A DNA stretch of 64,000 nt from positions 1,736,001-1,800,000 of the forward strand of contig JBLDXI010000015.1 in the NCBI GenBank assembly GCA_047495785.1. The letters run 5' to 3'. How positions within the stretch are numbered: position 1 is the stretch's first letter; each line of letters begins with the position of its first letter. The translations under genes were made by a program, and so were the position numbers. The notes below the pieces were generated by a model. The model saw only the letters and a program-made list of their open reading frames with translations. It ran no database searches and was not told the DNA's origin. The DNA comes from Lepidodermella squamata. Its lineage: Eukaryota; Animalia; Gastrotricha. Shown here piece by piece: positions 1 through 11,000 of the stretch.

Positions 1-1637
1 GTAGGAATGTGTTCTGCGCAAATCTTCGTTAGAAGGGAAATTCTCCTCGTCACCAACATATAGCATTTCAACAAAATTCCAGTTGAATTCATAAGATCTC
101 AAGAAAGCTGTGTAATTTAGGCTGATTCGTCCGCCACTCTTGAGTTCATAAGTTGCGTAAACTCGTAATTTCGAAACGCTATTCGTGCAGTTGTAGCATA
201 ATCGATGGGCAAAGGCTAATCTTGGCACGAAGCCAATATTTGCCCCGCATGGTGCTGGCGTGAAATTATTACTTAAATCCAGCTCAATAAAAGAGCCAAC
301 GTTGGGAATTGAAAGATACAGCATTTCAGACTCAAGTTTGTGGCCATTTTTGACATAGTTCGGCATAAATTCATCGATATTCCTCTTGCCGGCATCCGAG
401 GAGGCATTTACCAATGCGATGTCCAACTTGTTATTTCTAGGCATGGCTGGCCGATTAACTGATAGGAAGCAATCAACAGCGGCAACCCATGTTTGCTCGT
501 AGAGAGGATTTGCTGCAAGTTTCTTCCAAGAAGCTGAAATGGCTTTATTTGCCCCATCAATCAGCAAGTCAATCGAATCAGCGCTTTCAAGTTTTCCAAT
601 GAGTCTTTGTAAAGATTTCTTGAAGTAGTGTGTAATGAAATGGGCCATGTATTTATGAACTCTTTCGTTAGGATGGTAGCCATCTTTCGCGGTGAATGCT
701 TCGGAGTAAAGATAAAGCTCGTCGTCACTCGATGCATTGCTTGATTGAAACAGGTTCATAACATGGCCCCATTGAATCGCGGGGAGTTGATAATGCTGAG
801 CAACCTCGTTGTAGAACTTGGTAACATAGCTCACATTACAAAGTAAAGCAGGACGGTAGTGTATTCTGAAGAACTGTCTCGGCAGAAGGAAATTGACTAG
901 AAGAATATGAATGAGAGGGTTAACTCTCCAAATGCTGCGGATTAATTCTTCAATACGGCCTGGCACCATGTCGTCATTTATGATGAAATCCACCAGAAGT
1001 ATGTCGTAGTTCTTAAGATTTATATGCTCTTGGATGCACATTGCGAAATAAAAGCTAGAATTTTATAGAAAATGATAGCATTGCAATATAAGGAGTTTTA
1101 TCTACCTGTTTGTAGCACCAAGAGCGACATTATGAAACTCAGTTTCGACACCGATAGATTTGAATGGCGCTGAAAGTTTTGAAGTCAGAATGGAAAAGAA
1201 ATCTGAACCTCCCTAAGAACGTTATAAATTTATCGGTACATGTTGCGCAATTCTTTGAGAAATTGTACCTGAACACCATGGCCAGCAGAAATTGAGCCGC
1301 CAGCGACTGCAATTCTAAAGGGTTGCTCTTTTGAACGATTTGAAAGTCGAATTAGCAAAGCACGCTCGAGCCTCGCCGATGATCCTTCGCTCAAGATGGA
1401 CTCATCCTCGAACTGCTTTACAGGGCTCGTTTTACTGCCCTTGCGGATGAAATCGACAAGTTTCTTCAGGGATAGTGTAATATTTTTCACCTCTTCCCTT
1501 CGGTATCTGTTCGGTATCCATCGCCATGGAATCGCAGAATGTTCAGAAGTATCAGTGTGAATCAATAAAATGATGGTCAGAAACGTGGATATCGTGGTCA
1601 GAATGATCAGGAGTTTTTTCAAGCGATTTATAGCCAT
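1..1637 (-). CDS. SGNH/GDSL hydrolase-family type II membrane protein (3' end runs off window)
   Basis: Exons 1637-1269, 1212-1106, 1054-<1 joined by 56- and 51-nt GT-AG introns. N-terminal TM anchor; SGNH blocks IAVAGGSISAGHG, NVALGATNS, DFIINDD and KDGYHPN. Confidence 0.8.
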
Positions 1638-1805
1638 TTTATTGAGTAAGGATGCATTTTCAACGTAAAATTTGCTTTATTCATAAATAATTTCGTAAAC
1701 GCATGCATATTCTATTCATAAATACTATAATGTACCTGAATGAACCATTGAGAAACGAAATGTTTTAAACATGAATGAATCAGATTAAAAGAGATGAGGT
1801 GAATG

Positions 1806-3411
1806 TTAGTAGGCATGCTCTGCTTTAACATCAAGGCGAGGCTTTACAAGAATATTCTCAAAGTAACACTTTCCTTCAATGGAAAACACACGCCGCGTCG
1901 GAGCGAGAGACGTGTAAACCGCAGTTTCGTAGAAGCTCGAATCTGGATCGTCGATAACCAACGCATTCATCTGCGTGAGGAGGTACCAATTCATGAAGTC
2001 CATCGTAGACGCAGCTTGCAGATCAATCTGGTACCATTCGATACCTCGGTGCCGCAGAAAATCATGCACTTTCGGGTTGATAAGAGATTGCTCCAAGACA
2101 TGCGACGGGCTGATGACTTTAATGGTCAAAAAGTACTTCCTTTTCGCGTAATGTTTCAACTCCTGCTCGAACTGTAGTTTGGCGTCAGAGGAGAAGCCGC
2201 TCAACAGAATGGTGACCTGAGTGAAAGCTTCAGCGTTCATCTCTACCTCGCGGAGGTTAGCCAAGAGTGACTGGACAGCAGAGATGAAACAATTCGTTCC
2301 ATTCCCTATAATTAGGAAATCACTGGAAAACGTGGAATTTCAGTGTTCATTCTTTACCTGGTTCAGCTGTGTGAATTCCGATTTTGATAGAGTTGTACCA
2401 ATACGTAAGACCGACGTTATAATCGATGATACCGTCAACTTGCTGCTTGAAAACATCAGTTGTCCTGCCGAAAATGGTTTGATAAGCCGCTGAAATCGCA
2501 AGATTGTAATCTGGCATCATAAGTTCAGGAAACAAGGTCGGCATAATTTTAGAAAATTCATGCAGAAAGGTTGTATCCTCGAAAATCTGTTGCAGCCCAG
2601 TGAAGTTCTTCGACTCGATCATAAAATTGTCGGAGGTTTTGAAATATTCCAAGTCAATTGTTTCGGGCGAGAAAGTTGCGAGTCTTGTGTCACCTGTCAT
2701 AGCTGCGACACGGTAGGTCAGGTAACTCAACTTGCCCATTCGGCTGTAAAACCGCTCGTTAATGTCGAAAAAATCTGTGAGTAACCCAGACTCTCCAACT
2801 CGGCAGTCGATGTTCAACAGCCGATTAGACGCAATAGCTAGATAGAAAGCGACGACAAGACCTCGAAGGCCATCCGTTCGCTTCTCAGTATCTCGAGTTG
2901 ACAAGTGGCAGATGGAAGTGACGAACTTGGGCTCGTAAACCATGTAGGACATTCGGTCAATGTAGTTGGCACGAATTTCTTCGACGATTCTAGCAACTTT
3001 CTCCAGACGGTTGGCGTAGAATTTCGCAGATCGAGCGTCTTCTACAGCAACAGATTCTTCAACAGCAATTATCGGGACTTGAGTCGTGATTTCTTGGGCG
3101 ACTATTTCTTGGGTGACATTCTCACCAGATGGTATATTAGGAGGATCGAGTGCTGTTAGATTGGTTGATCTCTTCTGGGCGATCCGAGTATCTTGAACAT
3201 CTGATTCGTTGCTGCTAAAATTAAGAACGGCTGAGTGCGTCAGCCATGTCGACCGTATGACGATAATTAGTACGGAGATAGCGACAAGGGATAGACCGAG
3301 AACAATCCACCAGATAAAACGGCGGTTAGATGACGGCTGGGACCCATTGATAGAGGAATAGTTTCCAGCCATGGTGGATGATCTGATATGTTTGAACGGT
3401 TGTGAATCCAT
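1806..3411 (-). CDS. Type II membrane protein, fucosyltransferase-like (GT-B fold), divergent
   Basis: Exons 3411-2358 and 2305-1806 (52-nt intron, in frame). TM FIWWIVLGLSLVAISVLIIVI; motifs DGLRGLVVAFYLAIASNRLLNID, KIGIH and NWYLL...SSF resemble alpha1,2/alpha1,6/O-FucT motifs. Alternative ATG at 3372. Confidence 0.6.
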
Positions 3412-3552
3412 GCGTTGAAATTTGTAACGAAAATGTTTAAATGTGAACAGATAGGAAACGCGTGCGCGCTGGGGCACGCGATGAAACAAAAAAACAACAA
3501 TGGTCTAGTTATAGCTGAGAAATGCATCAATTATTAGGACTCATCTGAATGC

Positions 3553-3626
3553 GCCTCCTTGGCTCAGTTGGCTAGAGCGCCAGTCTCATAATCTGGAGGT
3601 CGTGAGTTCGATCCTCACAGGGGGCA
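3553..3626 (+). tRNA. tRNA-Met(CAT), elongator
   Basis: Cloverleaf; anticodon arm CCAGT-CTCATAA-TCTGG; G1-C72; T-loop TTCGATC. Confidence 0.95.
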
Positions 3627-3711
3627 GCTTCACCTTTTGACAATTAGGATCCTGATTCCGAGTTAATTCATAACGAAAGTAACAATACCCAATTAGGTTC
3701 CAGGTTCATCC

Positions 3712-3783
3712 TCCCTGATGGTCTAGTGGTTAGGATTCCGCGTTCTCACCGCGGCGGCCCGGGTTCGATTCCCGGTCAGGGAA
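3712..3783 (+). tRNA. tRNA-Glu(CTC)
   Basis: TCCCTGA/TCAGGGA acceptor; CCGCG-TTCTCAC-CGCGG. Confidence 0.95.
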
Positions 3784-3846
3784 CTTTTACTATCGCTTGG
3801 CAGAAGATCGAGGTTTTAAACGAGTGTTTGAGCTACTTAGTATCCA

Positions 3847-3919
3847 GGTTCCGTAGTGTAGTGGTTATCACGTCTCCTTCACACGGAGAAGGTCGCGGGT
3901 TCGAACCCCGCCGGAACCT
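3847..3919 (+). tRNA. tRNA-Val(CAC)
   Basis: GGTTCCG/CGGAACC acceptor; TCTCC-TTCACAC-GGAGA. Confidence 0.95.
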
Positions 3920-3992
3920 CGTCCAACATTTTTGCTACTACGATTAGGTTCCATTGTCATTAAAAGAGGATTCGGGTTCCTCTAAATCATCA

Positions 3993-4064
3993 GGGGATGT
4001 AGCTCAGTGGTAGAGCGCTTGCTTTGCATGTAAGATGTCCCGGGTTCAAACCCCGGCATCTCCA
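3993..4064 (+). tRNA. tRNA-Ala(TGC)
   Basis: G3:U70 pair; CTTGC-TTTGCAT-GTAAG. Confidence 0.95.
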
Positions 4065-4129
4065 ATTTTTCCGACCAAGAAACCGATAGAACGGCTTCAA
4101 GGATCTGTATTTGAACTCGAGTATGAACA

Positions 4130-4202
4130 GGTTCCGTAGTGTAGTGGTTATCACGTCTCCTTCACACGGAGAAGGTCGCGGGTTCGAACCCCGCCGGAAC
4201 CT
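4130..4202 (+). tRNA. tRNA-Val(CAC) occupying the Val(TAC) slot
   Basis: Identical to the other Val(CAC) copies but has Val(TAC)-type flanks. Confidence 0.95.
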
Positions 4203-4743
4203 TCACTTGTGTTTTAATCATTTAGTTCAGTTTTTATTGTATTGAACATCCTTGAGTCGTCTTTGGCTATAATTCACTTATAGACGGATCGGAGAAAATA
4301 GGTTCGGATAGGTTCCTTATTATGGTATAGCTTCCTATTTGCAATTTAATCTTTGTTCAGCCTGTCTGACGTCTGACGCTAGAGGATAGAGGCCAAACAA
4401 AGTTGGAAACATGACAAAGATACAAAGTCTAATTATTAGATATGGTGCGCCCAGCAGTTAGCGATCATTCGCCTAGCAAAATTTTATATGCGCTCAGTCA
4501 TTCCAAAGAATCACAAAAAGAATTCGATCAAAATATTGCCATTGAAAGTACAATTCGACCGAGCTTCATCGAATTCGGCTGAAATCGGAGCAAGAGCTGG
4601 CATTTCTTGAAAAATCGATAACTTTCGATAACCTGCGAATTCGGAGAAAATCGTCACGGCTTGCTCAAGTTTGACTAGAGACTAGACCTTTTTTGGCAAT
4701 AATCCGACAGATGAATCATCACAACTAAACCACAAAATTTTAT

Positions 4744-4825
4744 CGCTGCCAGTAGGATTTGAACCTACGCGCGGAGACCGCATCTGATTTCAAGTCAGAC
4801 CCCTTAACCACTCGGGCATAGTAGC
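4744..4825 (-). tRNA. tRNA-Ser(TGA), acceptor-stem variant (A4.C69 mismatch)
   Basis: Long variable arm; TCTGA-CTTGAAA-TCAGA; 5' end GCTACTA versus GCTGCTA in other copies. Confidence 0.9.
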
Positions 4826-4851
4826 TTGGTTGTAATGTTCGGTTGTAAATA

Positions 4852-5264
4852 CCGTATTTCATCGATTAATAGCCTCCCTCGAATAAAAGCCCCTCGAATA
4901 ATAGCCCGAAATTGTCGGCTATTTTGAGCATTTGATAATAAATATTAGCCCCCCCCCCCCTCGAATAATAGCCACGCCATGCCATGTCCGAAGCAGGTGG
5001 CGCGCTCGAAGAAGGGAAAAAGCTGTCCTACTTTCGCCGCCGTACACTGCTAAGCGGATTGAAGGTGGTGGACGTAAGCCGTTGTTTGTGGATGTCGAGG
5101 ATAAATTAGCAGCGTGGGTCAGACAACAGAGAATTCAGCAGCGCAAACGACTTGCGATGATGAAATTTGCCAATAACCCCCCTCGAATAATTGCCTCATT
5201 TTTTGGACCATTTTCGGAGTTTCGGAAAAAATAGCAGCCATGGCTATTATTTGATGAAATACGG
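4852..5264 (+). mobile_element. Internally deleted pogo/Tc2-like DNA transposon
   Basis: TIRs CCGTATTTCATCGATTAATAGCC / GGCTATTATTTGATGAAATACGG, TA target duplication, subterminal CCCTCGAATAA repeats, internal peptide RIEGGGRKPLFVDVEDKLAAWVRQQR resembling a CENP-B-type HTH. Absent from the same spacer in other cassettes. Confidence 0.85.
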
Positions 5265-5404
5265 TACTAGATAGCTGCTTCGATTTTTGCAACGAGAAGA
5301 ACTTTCGACATTTTCAAAGTGATTCATTACTTGGCAATAATGAAAACGGGTGCTGATTGAAAATGTTCATTCAAATATGACTGAATCGATCAAGTTTGTA
5401 ACCC

Positions 5405-5476
5405 GGCCCAGTGGCCTAATGGTAAGGCGTCGGCCTCCGGAGCCGGAGATTGTGGGTTCGAGTCCCATCTGGGTCG
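5405..5476 (+). tRNA. tRNA-Arg(CCG)
   Basis: TCGGC-CTCCGGA-GCCGG anticodon arm; G73. Confidence 0.93.
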
Positions 5477-5546
5477 CTAACTTTTACATCTTCTTGAATA
5501 CATCGATTTAACAGGAAAAATTTATCAAAATGTTCAGCAATCAGCC

Positions 5547-5618
5547 GGCTCAGTAGCTTAGTGGTAGAGCATCTGTCTTGTAAACAGAAGGTCACGGGTT
5601 CGATCCCCGTCTAGGCCT
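5547..5618 (+). tRNA. tRNA-Thr(TGT), acceptor variant (C5.A68 mismatch)
   Basis: TCTGT-CTTGTAA-ACAGA; 3' CTAGGCC versus CTGGGCC in other copies. Confidence 0.9.
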
Positions 5619-5697
5619 CGGCTTATTTTTTACCCCTAGAATCAATCATTCGATTTTCCATTAGAAAATGAGAATAGGATCTAGAGTTACCACAAGC

Positions 5698-5771
5698 GCC
5701 TCCTTGGCTCAGTTGGCTAGAGCGCCAGTCTCATAATCTGGAGGTCGTGAGTTCGATCCTCACAGGGGGCA
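5698..5771 (+). tRNA. tRNA-Met(CAT)
   Basis: Identical to 3553-3626. Confidence 0.95.
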
Positions 5772-5844
5772 GCTACATCTTTTTTGACAAAACGATACTA
5801 ATTCCTAACGAAGGTCTCTCCCCAATTGGATTCCAATTTCATCC

Positions 5845-5916
5845 TCCCTGATGGTCTAGTGGTTAGGATTCCGCGTTCTCACCGCGGCGGCCCGGGTTCG
5901 ATTCCCGGTCAGGGAA
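5845..5916 (+). tRNA. tRNA-Glu(CTC)
   Basis: Identical to 3712-3783. Confidence 0.95.
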
Positions 5917-5993
5917 CAATTTTTCTCCTTCATTTCCGAAATTATGGATTATCTCAATTACGTAATCGTACTCGGGACCCATTCAATCATCCA

Positions 5994-6066
5994 GGTTCCG
6001 TAGTGTAGTGGTTATCACGTCTCCTTCACACGGAGAAGGTCGCGGGTTCGAACCCCGCCGGAACCT
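5994..6066 (+). tRNA. tRNA-Val(CAC)
   Basis: Identical to 3847-3919. Confidence 0.95.
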
Positions 6067-6140
6067 CGTCTAACACTTTTTCCATCTTCGATAAGGTTCC
6101 GTTGCTATTAAAAGAGGATCCATGTCTCCTGAAATCATGT

Positions 6141-6212
6141 GGGGATGTAGCTCAGTGGTAGAGCGCTTGCTTTGCATGTAAGATGTCCCGGGTTCAAACC
6201 CCGGCATCTCCA
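6141..6212 (+). tRNA. tRNA-Ala(TGC)
   Basis: Identical to 3993-4064. Confidence 0.95.
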
Positions 6213-6438
6213 ATTTTTTACACCTGACGAGGTCAGATTTTAAACAAACTAGTGACCCCAAACCATCCAGACCTTGAGTGAATTATGATTGAACCGAACA
6301 ATAATATAAACACTGACGTTGATTACTTCCGTTCGATTAAGCAATGTTTGTTAAATGAATACTTGCACTGGGATTCGAAGCAAAAATTCGATTGATTGTT
6401 ATACAAGATGTCACTCGATAAACCATCTCCTTCAAACA

Positions 6439-7428
6439 CTAGCCATCCTTCCAGTAAGGGTATCCCAAACTGAAACTGTTGACAACCAAGTTTCCGCTGT
6501 AAATTGAGGAAGACGATTATGGATTAAATTACTAAAAAGTGTAAGAAAAGATACCATGGTCCGTAGTTGCAAACGAAAATAGTCTTCATGCTAGAAGCCC
6601 CAGTCAACGAAGAGCACGTGGCACTGCCGCACCCGACATACAACGTTTTGTTCCATACGACCTGCGTGAAATGACCAACATTCGCTAGGACATTCGTCGA
6701 CGCGCCGTAGGTCCAAGCCGATATTTCATCGTACCACGATTGTATGCCGGAATCAGAATTTAATGACGTCAAACTCGTAGCGTATAAGTTCTGCCCGACA
6801 CAGGAACCCCAAGACGTCGAGAACACTTTGCGCTGATCGTAAGTGTCATGAGCAAAGTTGCACTGGGCGGCGTAGCGAATTGCCGTAGTCTCGAGATCTG
6901 CGTTCCATTGGAGAGCGGGCAGAGATGGATTCGGTGTTGGAGTAACCGATGACCTCAGCGCGTTGTGCTTTGTCAGAATCGAGGACGAAGATAACGTATT
7001 CAACGTAACCATTGCCGCAGAGTTGGTGGAAACGCAAGAACTATGCGTCCCAGAAGCTCCAGAAATGCACGTCGAAGCTGGAGATGATGACGAGGGGGAT
7101 CCAGAAGGAGATGAAGATGGTGAGCCAGATGGAGAGGAAGATCCTGAGGATGAAGAGCCCGACGATGAAGAGCCTGATGATGAAGAGCCCGATGATGAAG
7201 ATGAGCTACTGCCGACTGAGGCTGGTGCACCGGAAGGCACTGATCCTGATACAGGCGCAAGATTTGCGAAAGGCATATCTCCCCCGGTCTAAAAACATGG
7301 ATTTTCATCTGTCAAGCTATCCCTATTGAATATCTTACCGCCGTTGAGGTTGTAGTAGTCGTCGGTGTGCAGCTCAAGGCCACAGCCAAAACTGCGGAAA
7401 AAAGCACTAGTGTTGTTGTGGATTTCAT
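6439..7428 (-). CDS. Secreted CAP/SCP/PR-1 domain protein with Ser/Gly/Pro-rich linker (~293 aa)
   Basis: Exons 7428-7339, 7288-6555, 6496-6439. Signal peptide MKSTTTLVLFSAVLAVALS; CAP motifs HNALRS, GQNLY, GHFTQVVW...VGC and VCNYGPCGN. Confidence 0.9.
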
Positions 7429-7475
7429 TTTCTCAAAATGTCTGTCTGACGTGCAGCTAGCAAATACAAGAGCTG

Positions 7476-7483
7476 TATATATA
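7476..7483 (-). promoter_or_regulatory. TATA box of the CAP gene
   Basis: TATATATA about 50 nt upstream of the ATG. Confidence 0.45.
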
Positions 7484-8043
7484 GAGTCCTCATTTTTGGT
7501 TTGCGTTTTTTTCTGTTGTCAGGCGTTTGTTTGAGTTAGCCACCTCCACTGCGCGCTCTATCGCACGATGTCTCTAGCGCAATTTTTGTGAAGCACATGC
7601 GTTGAATATGTTTGCACTGGCGATTGACGCAATGCGACGACCTGGCCGCGCGCACTTTCGAGCCTTGAACTGCTCCATGTAACGGCGTAATATGTAGTTC
7701 GAAGCCTAAATTCTCCATTTTTTAGGGTCACGGATTTCAAATAAAGAAATTGACGGAAAGTTAAAGAAACCACTCATCCTGGTAATAAATTGTTTACTAG
7801 CTCTACATTTTCATATTCTAGACAATAAGCTTTCAAATACCGTTCCTATCATCACTGTTCCAACGGTAGCTACCCATGTAAACACCGTTTCTTGCAAACA
7901 TTGCAATGTTTTGAATATATGTCAATATTGCTTTCATTCGTAAAATAATTGGTACTCAAGATTCCTGTTTTATTATCACCACCTCGTTTAGAAAGTATAC
8001 AGCGTCTCATTTCAAAGATTCAGCTATTTTCAATCAAAAATTC

Positions 8044-11000
8044 CTAGATTTTTGTTCCTTTGCTCTTGATGGATAAATCAAGCGTATGTAACGTCTTCCT
8101 CCCAATTGAACCAGGCATTTCGCGAGATATGCTGGTAGGTCGTTGCACTCGAGGTGGCGCTGACGCACCCTGCTCAGCAACAGCAGATCGCTCTGCCGAT
8201 CTGCTAGATTTAGGCACATGCCCAGGTGCTGCAGTGACTTGCTCACTGAAATGAGCCCGGCGACCACGGCGACCACCCACAGCTGCTTGCGTCAACAAAC
8301 GAGGCCGAGCAGCGCCCCTCCAATTGGGCATACCTGTAGCAGTTAACGAATCGGCGGAACTGCTCTCAGCAAGGACGTATCCTATTGATGAACCAGCTGT
8401 TGATGAGAGCCCATCGTCATAAGACCTATAAGGACTGACATCAGCTGCGAAACCGCCAGATGGTCGACGGCTGTGAGTTAACGATCCAGAAGTTGTATCG
8501 CTAATCCTCGACAAATCCGACGGCCGGATGGGTTTGAGTTTCGCGTAAATTCTCTCCCCATTACTTTCATCCTCCACTGGAGAGTAGTGCGCGATTTGCC
8601 GAGAAACGCTTGGCTTCCCTGGAGGAATAGGCGGAGGTGGTAAAGGGGGAGGTAAAGGTCGAGACCTATTACTGCTAGCCGGCGAGATATCGGCCGGACT
8701 TGGACTTCCTTTGTGTCCCGTATCCTTGTGATGAGTCGAAGGACTAGTAAGAGTTTGAGGCTTACTCGCTGGAGTCTTGAAAGATCTAATCATCTCTTCT
8801 TCCTTCATAGGTGACTTTGCGGCAGAAATGTCGCCATGTAACCGCTTCTCAGTCCTCGCGTTGACATTCAGATTAATCGCGTGTAGTCTCGTTTTCTTCC
8901 CCATATCCTTGGCTTTAGTAACATGCCGCTCCACTCGCTCAAGAGCAGCTTTGATTGAGTCACGAGATGAGCTGGACAACATGCTAGCACCACTTGTCCT
9001 TCTCTGCATTGAACTTGAAGGAATCGTCAGCATATCGCTGGGCCCTGATCTCGTTGGTGTGGTCAAATGGCTCAAACTACTTCTAGGGCTCGTGGGAGGT
9101 TGTCTCGGTAAATCTTCAGTTGGGTCAGTTATATCTTCATCGTCGTAGGAAACCTGCAGCTCCTCGTTCAAATCTTCATCTTGTTCTCTTTCTGGCTCCA
9201 GTGCTTCCTCTTGAGATTCTCGCTCTGATTCGCTGTTTTCCTTAATTACCGACGATTTATCGTCATTGTCGATAGCCTTACTACCCCGCTTTGAGCCTCT
9301 TGCCGAAGAGCCAGGACGTTCTGGCGTGCCAGTTCTGGAAAACTCCTTAGCAGTGTTGCTTGATTCGTCTGACGGAGCTGTAACGAGGACAAATGCATTC
9401 CGAGATCGCATGTACCTCTCTTGTTTCTCTCGCTCTTTAGCCTTCATGCTACCAGTGCTTCCAGGGGCAGCAGATTCACTGGAAGTATTGCCGAAACTGA
9501 AGAATCGCCTGGAAAACAGAAAGCATTGAAATGGAGTGAAAGCTATGAATACATTGAATCATCTGCAACTATTGTGGATATTAGGGTAAGTTTGATGAAG
9601 TCGATAATGATTGGGGTATTTAAAACAAGCCATGAGGTCTATAAAAAAGGAACGGAGTTGATCAGTGCAGCATGTCTTAGGATAGTGCTCGGAGAGTCGC
9701 TATCTAGTGTGCAGTAGTGCGCATAGGTGAAACTTCAGAAACTTATCAAAATAATAACATTCTAATTTTTCGACGAAAGCTTTTCAAACTGAAGAGAATA
9801 AGATGAGAAATAAATGAAAAATTGTCAAGGGGCGCTAATTCTATAACGAAATGGGCAGTGTTCATCTTGAAGCCGGAATAATCTTTACCTCTTGAGGCTT
9901 CCTTTAGAGCCTTGTCTCTTCAGCCCACCGCTATCACTGGATCCGAAAACATCCTCGGTTGATCTATCCATTGGCCCTCGTTCATTCGAAATCCGACTAC
10001 GATGCTGTGACACCACAGGCACTGTCTCAGCGCCCAACTCCCCCATCAGCCCAAGCTGGCCTTGCTTTGTTGACGCAGCAACCTCCCGCATAACGGTCAT
10101 TGTGTCCCATAAGCGGGTCGAAACCGACTTACGCCGAGCTATTTTTCGACCAGCCACGGGCCGCGACATATCGCCATCGCCATGGCCCATCATTACGCTC
10201 TCGTGACGTTTCTTCAAATCATGCCTCACACTATCAGCAAAGGTATGTTCGTCGAAATCGACCTGTTCCGGTCCGCTGAATAGAGGTAGGATGAACATGA
10301 CCATAGCAGAGAACCCAGCTATGAGTTGGTGAGCAGCAGTTACCAAGTGGTCCTCTCGTTTCATTACGTAGAAGATCAGAATTGAGGAGAATGTCACGAG
10401 CGCGTTGAAGCCCATAACCATTGGGTAGTAAATCGATTCATCAGCTCGGATCATTTGCTTAATCTTCCTAGTCCGGAGAGAGTAGAGCATGGTCGCAAAC
10501 ATTATCACTCCATTGAAAGCTAAAGGAATCGCTGTAACAGGCAGCTGTAAAATTTTGAATATTATGCCGACAATTTACTTATTCTTAAACTCTTACCGTT
10601 GAACGACAGATGAGCAGAGCTACATTGAATGAGGGATAGTCTATTTTGACGTCAGCCGCTTCCCAAATGAGCATCATAACAACCACAGTGCATTGAGCTC
10701 CGATCAAGAAGCAAGTCAGCGCGATTTGACTGTTTGTTGAGATGAAACGAGGCCGCCGATCTATGATCAGCTTTCGACTCGAGTTGACTATTCTAACCAT
10801 TGCATTAGCTCGGTTGAAAATGGGCGAGAACAGAATTGATTGAGCAATAGGTGGTAAGATTCGTGAGAAGTAACATGTTAGCAGTGTTGGTCTAGCTAAT
10901 AGACTCAAAACTGTGGTGAAAGTTACCAAAATGCCGACCAAAGAGAAAGCGCGTGGGACACTAAGTCTTCTCGTGAAGTAGTATGCAAACCAAACAATCA

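Larger units (their letters stand above)
3553..4202 (+). repeat. tRNA cassette copy A (Met-Glu-Val(CAC)-Ala-Val(CAC)); 5'-truncated
   Basis: Same order and homologous spacers as the other copies; homology starts abruptly at Met. Confidence 0.9.
4744..6212 (+). repeat. tRNA cassette copy B (Ser[-]-Arg-Thr-Met-Glu-Val(CAC)-Ala), with transposon insertion
   Basis: Conserved order and spacers; terminal Val(TAC) absent. Confidence 0.9.

Noticed and set aside
4744-4825. Selenocysteine or opal suppressor tRNA
   Set aside because: The anticodon is TGA (reads UCA, Ser), not TCA, and the stems are canonical.
5405-5476. CGG codon reassignment suggested by the atypical tRNA(CCG)
   Set aside because: CGG occurs at conserved Arg positions (eIF1A KRLC, CEP126 DRL).
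6963-7329. Acidic D/E-repeat and other overlapping ORFs
   Set aside because: Antisense or alternate-frame shadows of the Ser-rich linker of the CAP gene.
8044-9447. 467-aa ORF as an independent gene
   Set aside because: It joins in frame to the mGluR via intron 9888-9509 and is more simply the receptor tail; cDNA is needed to be sure.
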